In this document: positions 60,132 through 64,000 of the stretch, one piece after another
How the letters are laid out: every line of letters begins with the position of its first letter
Position numbering within the stretch: the first letter of the stretch is position 1
Assembly: GCA_963691875.1 (NCBI GenBank)
Contig: OY829846.1
Location: 1,376,001-1,440,000, forward strand
Direction of reading: 5' to 3'
Source of the DNA: Aureliella sp.
GTDB lineage: Bacteria > Planctomycetota > Planctomycetia > Pirellulales > Pirellulaceae
Length of the DNA stretch: 64,000 nt
The notes under the pieces: generated by a model
Seen by the model: the letters and a program-made list of their open reading frames with translations, nothing else
What the model was told of the DNA's origin: nothing
Databases searched by the model: none
Program-made: the position numbers and the translations under genes

Positions 60132-61466
60132 CTATCCAACCGATTCTAGAAGCCGCTCGACGATTTCGGACTGGTTCATTTTCAGGCCAGCAGCGACCTT
60201 AGGTGCCACTAAGACGCGTACCCGTTTGACAAAGCTGTCGAATTGCTCGGTAGCAAGTGACTTCACAACGGGAGAAATGGTGGAAAGCGGAACAAATTTG
60301 GGGGTATTTTCCGTCCCTTCGATGCGAACGGACAAGCGAAATTGAACTTCAAGCTTAACCGGAGGAGCGTCGATCAGCACTGCGCTCGGGCCACAATCGA
60401 CGCCATCACTGCGGAGCCTCCCTGCGAAACGTTCGGAAATCTCTACCAGTTCGGAGTAGGGCAAACGCGACAAAGCAGAATGCAACTCGGGATTCTCCAT
60501 GTAGCTGAACTGGCCAACGCGTTTGTAAAGTGCACGACGATTGCCAAACAGCGAATCGGCCAGGCATTGAATATCAGGTTTCGCTTGCGACTGACTCAAG
60601 TAGTTTGCACCAAACTCGGCATCGCTTTGCTGCAACCAACTTGCGGGATTCATCTGCTCGCGCAGCTCAAATACCAGACGTTGCAGCATAGCGGTCGCGC
60701 TGCGAACCGCGTGGTGCCAGTAGACTTCACTGAACATGACATAGCGGGCAAACACCATCATTTCCGCGGCGGTCTTACCTTTCTCCGATATTGCCAATCC
60801 CCGTTGATCCTGGCCGATACAAAGGGAAGCAATGAGTCGACCAACATCAAAATTGCAACCATAGGGGACACCAGCGTGCAGGCTGTCACGCTGAAGGTAG
60901 TCCATCTTATCGATGTCGACCGGACCGTTCATCACATTCTGAAGCACAGCTGCCGCAGCTGAACCTGGCTGCTTGCCCGCTAGGAAATCTGCAACCGTTT
61001 CAGGAGCGACTCTCCAGTCTGATTCAATGTGTTTCGACAGCTCACCGCCACAAATTAATCTACGGGCAAGCTCCTCGTGTCGCGGTACCCAGTCAAGCTG
61101 CAAGTCTTCAATCGGATGACAGTACGGCCAATGGCCCACATCGTGCAGCAGAGCGACGAGCAGAAAGCATTCTGCGTCTTCGGGCGTCAGGTTCGCTGAA
61201 AAATCAGATTCGACTGCCAGCAATTTCTGAAGAACTTGGCACGCCAAGCGATAAACGCCAAGACTGTGCTCGAATCGACTGTGAGTTGCACCCGGGTAGA
61301 CCTTGGCGACGAGTCCAAGTTGTGAAATACCGCGCAATCGCTGCATAGCGGCTGAGTCCAAGATCCGTCGGACTCGAGGACTGACTGGGACGTCAAGCTG
61401 ATCAGGGATTCGGATCAGCGAAGTGTCATGTGCCGAAAATTCTGGTAGACGATCCATGCTTACCAT
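60132..61466 (-). CDS. HD-domain phosphohydrolase (SAMHD1/dNTPase-like)
   Basis: MQRLRGISQLG, HSRFEHSLGV, LLHDVGH, DIDKMDYLQRD, VYWHHAVR. Confidence 0.92.
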   Translation of the reverse strand: MVSMDRLPEFSAHDTSLIRIPDQLDVPVSPRVRRILDSAAMQRLRGISQLGLVAKVYPGATHSRFEHSLGVYRLACQVLQKLLAVESDFSANLTPEDAECFLLVALLHDVGHWPYCHPIEDLQLDWVPRHEELARRLICGGELSKHIESDWRVAPETVADFLAGKQPGSAAAAVLQNVMNGPVDIDKMDYLQRDSLHAGVPYGCNFDVGRLIASLCIGQDQRGLAISEKGKTAAEMMVFARYVMFSEVYWHHAVRSATAMLQRLVFELREQMNPASWLQQSDAEFGANYLSQSQAKPDIQCLADSLFGNRRALYKRVGQFSYMENPELHSALSRLPYSELVEISERFAGRLRSDGVDCGPSAVLIDAPPVKLEVQFRLSVRIEGTENTPKFVPLSTISPVVKSLATEQFDSFVKRVRVLVAPKVAAGLKMNQSEIVERLLESVG

Positions 61467-61475
61467 TTGACGAAT

Positions 61476-62897
61476 CTAACTTTCGATTACATCAGTAATA
61501 ACCCGACCGTAGACATCAGTTAATCGGAAATCGCGTCCAGCATGGCGGAACGTAAGCCGCTCGTGATCCAAGCCCATTTGATGTAATAATGTGGCGTGCA
61601 GATCGTGCATATGCACCTTGCCTTGGATTGACTGGAAACCAAACTCGTCGGTTGATCCGTAAGAATAGCCGCGTCGGAAACCGCCACCGGCCAGCCAGAC
61701 TGTGAATCCGCCTGGATTGTGGTCCCGACCAGTTCCGTTGTTCTGAGCGTATGGCGTGCGGCCAAATTCGCCGCCCCACCAGACGATCGTATCCTCTAGC
61801 AGCCCGCGTTCTTTCAAGTCGGCAAGAAGCCCTGCGATTGGGCGATCAACAGCTTGAGCATGAGTCGCATGTTTGGGCAAGTTTGAATGCTGGTCCCAAG
61901 CTGGGTTGGCTGAGTTGTCGCCATAGTTGACTTGTATAAAGCGGACTCCTGCCTCGGCCAGTCGTCGGGCCAACAAGCATTTTTCACCGTAACTTTTCGT
62001 CGTCGGATCGTCGATTCCATATCGATGCAGCGTCGCAGGAGACTCTTGCGATAAATTCAACACCTCTGGTCCCACTTGTTGCATACGCCATGCCAGTTCC
62101 ATCGATTTAATGGCTGCATCGAGTTCCTCTGTTCCTCCGCGGCGTCGGAGCTGCTGAGCGTTCATTTGCTGCAGCAATTGCACTTGGGTTCGTTGTTCCG
62201 CCATCGGAAGATCCCGGGTCAAGCTATCGATCTCCAGTTGTTTGCTTCCTGGACTACCAATCTTCGTGCCCTGAAACTGCGGTGGCAGAAAGGCCGAACC
62301 GTAATTGCGAGGTCCACCATTTCCAACGGAGGGCGCAACGGTGACAAAGCCCGGTAAGTTCGCGTTCTCACTCCCAAGTCCGTAAAACACCCAGCTTCCG
62401 AATGAGGGACGAATAAAATTGCTGGCTCCACAGTGGAGAAACAAAGTTGCGGGTCCATGAGCCACACCTTCGGTATGCATCCCGTGAAGAAAGCAAAGAT
62501 CATCCACATGTTCAGCCGTAGCAGGAAACAAGTCCGAGACAGGCTTGCCCGTTTCACCATACCGCCGAAACTTCCAGGGAGAATCCATCAGCTTGTGCGT
62601 CGTCCGTCTCCCCGTCTTCGCGAGCTGTCGGGCATCATCGAAAAGAAGTGCTTCGCCATTTCGCTTCTGCAATAGCGGCTTCTGATCGAAGGAATCAACT
62701 TGGCTCACTCCTCCTTGCATGAACAAAAAAATAATCCGCTTCGCCTTAGGGAGGTGATGAAAGGGTTGGGTGGGGACCTTCTCAAATGCACCCAATGACT
62801 CACCCGTAAGCATGGCTGACGCAGCCAGTGCTCCAAAACCGCACGCCGATGTTCCCAAGGCCCGACGACGGCTCATAGTTGTAGGCTGGCGATTCAT
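61476..62897 (-). CDS. DUF1501 domain protein with a Tat signal
   Basis: SRRRAL leader; FLFMQGGVSQVDSFD; WDQH; EFGRTP; GRDHNP; RDFRLTDV. Confidence 0.93.
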   Translation of the reverse strand: MNRQPTTMSRRRALGTSACGFGALAASAMLTGESLGAFEKVPTQPFHHLPKAKRIIFLFMQGGVSQVDSFDQKPLLQKRNGEALLFDDARQLAKTGRRTTHKLMDSPWKFRRYGETGKPVSDLFPATAEHVDDLCFLHGMHTEGVAHGPATLFLHCGASNFIRPSFGSWVFYGLGSENANLPGFVTVAPSVGNGGPRNYGSAFLPPQFQGTKIGSPGSKQLEIDSLTRDLPMAEQRTQVQLLQQMNAQQLRRRGGTEELDAAIKSMELAWRMQQVGPEVLNLSQESPATLHRYGIDDPTTKSYGEKCLLARRLAEAGVRFIQVNYGDNSANPAWDQHSNLPKHATHAQAVDRPIAGLLADLKERGLLEDTIVWWGGEFGRTPYAQNNGTGRDHNPGGFTVWLAGGGFRRGYSYGSTDEFGFQSIQGKVHMHDLHATLLHQMGLDHERLTFRHAGRDFRLTDVYGRVITDVIES

Positions 62898-63005
62898 TGA
62901 GTTTTCCTCGGTAATCTGTAGGGCTGCCTTTCCCACCGCTGTGGTGTGGATCTTCGCGGCCTTCTCCTATGCGAGTAGGAAAGCCCGCGACGACTGCAGG
63001 CCAGT

Positions 63006-64000
63006 CTATTCTAGGTATCGGAAATCAAGTGATGCAAACATGGAGTGAACAACCTGCGTCCAGCGTTTCTCGAGCTCTTGAGTATCGGTTCCGTCGGTTT
63101 GGAGGAAGCCAAGGAGCAAACTGCTTTCCTTCGGGTCTGGTTCCCGGCCAAAGCAGCGCAGGTACAAAAGTCTAATCCGCTCGGCGTCACCCAATTCCGA
63201 AGGAGCTTGATCTTCAAACTCCGATTCCACCCCTCGACTTTCAGCCATAATTCGCTTGGCCGTTTTTTTCGCTCGTGCGACAACCCAAGGGTGGTTCATC
63301 AGCACGAGACCTTGTGTGGCGACAGTGCTTCGCGGCCGCTCACCAATAGAAACGCTGGTGTCAGCAAAATCGAATGCTTCATACAATTCCGGGAGTGAAT
63401 TGCGAAAGACAGGCTGGTAGACTGCTCGCCGCGCACCTTCATGCTTGTAGTTGTAATCTGCTTTCGTTCCAGACTTGATCAATGATCCTCCGATTTTATG
63501 TGCAATCTCGCCGCTAACCGAAAGCATCGCGTCCCGCATAGCCTCGACACCGAGTCGACGCCTTGCTGCTCGCCAGTACAGCGAATTCTGGGGATCCATT
63601 TCTTCCATCTCGGCATAGCCTCCATCGACTCTCTGGGCTGGGCTAGATTGTCGCTGATAAGCATCCGACAGTACAATGCTTTTAACCAGAGCCTTTGTTG
63701 ACCAAGCAGATTGCTTGAGTTTCATTGCCAGACCGTCCAGCAGCTCAGGATGTGTTGGGGCTTGTCCTGTAGTTCCAAAATTATTGGGGGTCGAAACGAG
63801 TCCACGTCCCATCAACCACAGCCAAACACGATTGGCGTAGACTCGGGCGCTGAGTGGGTTTTGGTCGGCTACCAACCAGCGAGCCAGTTCTAACCTTCCA
63901 CTGGACTCATCCGAGAGCGATTCCGTAAGACTTGGCTTGACAGCTGTCAGAAATCCGCGCGGTACGGTCCCGCCCAAGTTATGGACATCACCACGTATAT
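63006..64000 (-). CDS. DUF1553 (PSD1) protein, C-terminal part (runs off the right edge)
   Basis: SGRLELARWL, NPLSARVYANRVW, PTHPELLD, EAMRDAML, DFRYLE. Confidence 0.9.
   Translation of the reverse strand, partial: IRGDVHNLGGTVPRGFLTAVKPSLTESLSDESSGRLELARWLVADQNPLSARVYANRVWLWLMGRGLVSTPNNFGTTGQAPTHPELLDGLAMKLKQSAWSTKALVKSIVLSDAYQRQSSPAQRVDGGYAEMEEMDPQNSLYWRAARRRLGVEAMRDAMLSVSGEIAHKIGGSLIKSGTKADYNYKHEGARRAVYQPVFRNSLPELYEAFDFADTSVSIGERPRSTVATQGLVLMNHPWVVARAKKTAKRIMAESRGVESEFEDQAPSELGDAERIRLLYLRCFGREPDPKESSLLLGFLQTDGTDTQELEKRWTQVVHSMFASLDFRYLE

Noticed and set aside
60132..61466. Anti-phage dNTPase defence system
   Set aside because: Family membership fits, but there are no neighbouring defence or mobility genes; a housekeeping role is equally likely.

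Overview
Chromosomal window from a planctomycete, most likely Pirellulaceae-like. This assignment rests on DUF1501 and DUF1549/DUF1553 (PSD1/PSCyt) genes, planctomycete cytochrome c domains, a sulfatase and a PEP-CTERM protein. Contents: (1) a Tad/Flp pilus system split over two loci (tadG-tadE-tadE at 0.4-3.3 kb, with tadG broken inside its vWA domain; flp-cpaA-cpaB-cpaC-cpaE at 31-37 kb, divergent from a hybrid histidine kinase); (2) housekeeping genes (accBC, PPi-Pfk, upp, aat, FKBP, desaturase, LptD-like, FadL-like); (3) a DUF1501-PPC-DUF1549/1553-WD40/cytochrome c four-gene module behind a near-consensus sigma70 promoter; (4) tRNA-Ser(TGA) and tRNA-Val(GAC); (5) a decayed accessory patch next to tRNA-Val with a 75-bp direct repeat and a degenerate integron attC-like site. 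The best candidate for an undescribed system is a membrane-anchored heptaheme cytochrome c with OTR-family spacing but no catalytic heme, encoded with a three-His FdnI-type cytochrome b-like protein. Second is a set of apparent RNA-level control elements in the Tad operon: a structured cpaB leader and CsrA-type sites before cpaC. All calls are from motif reading only; no searches or folding were run.
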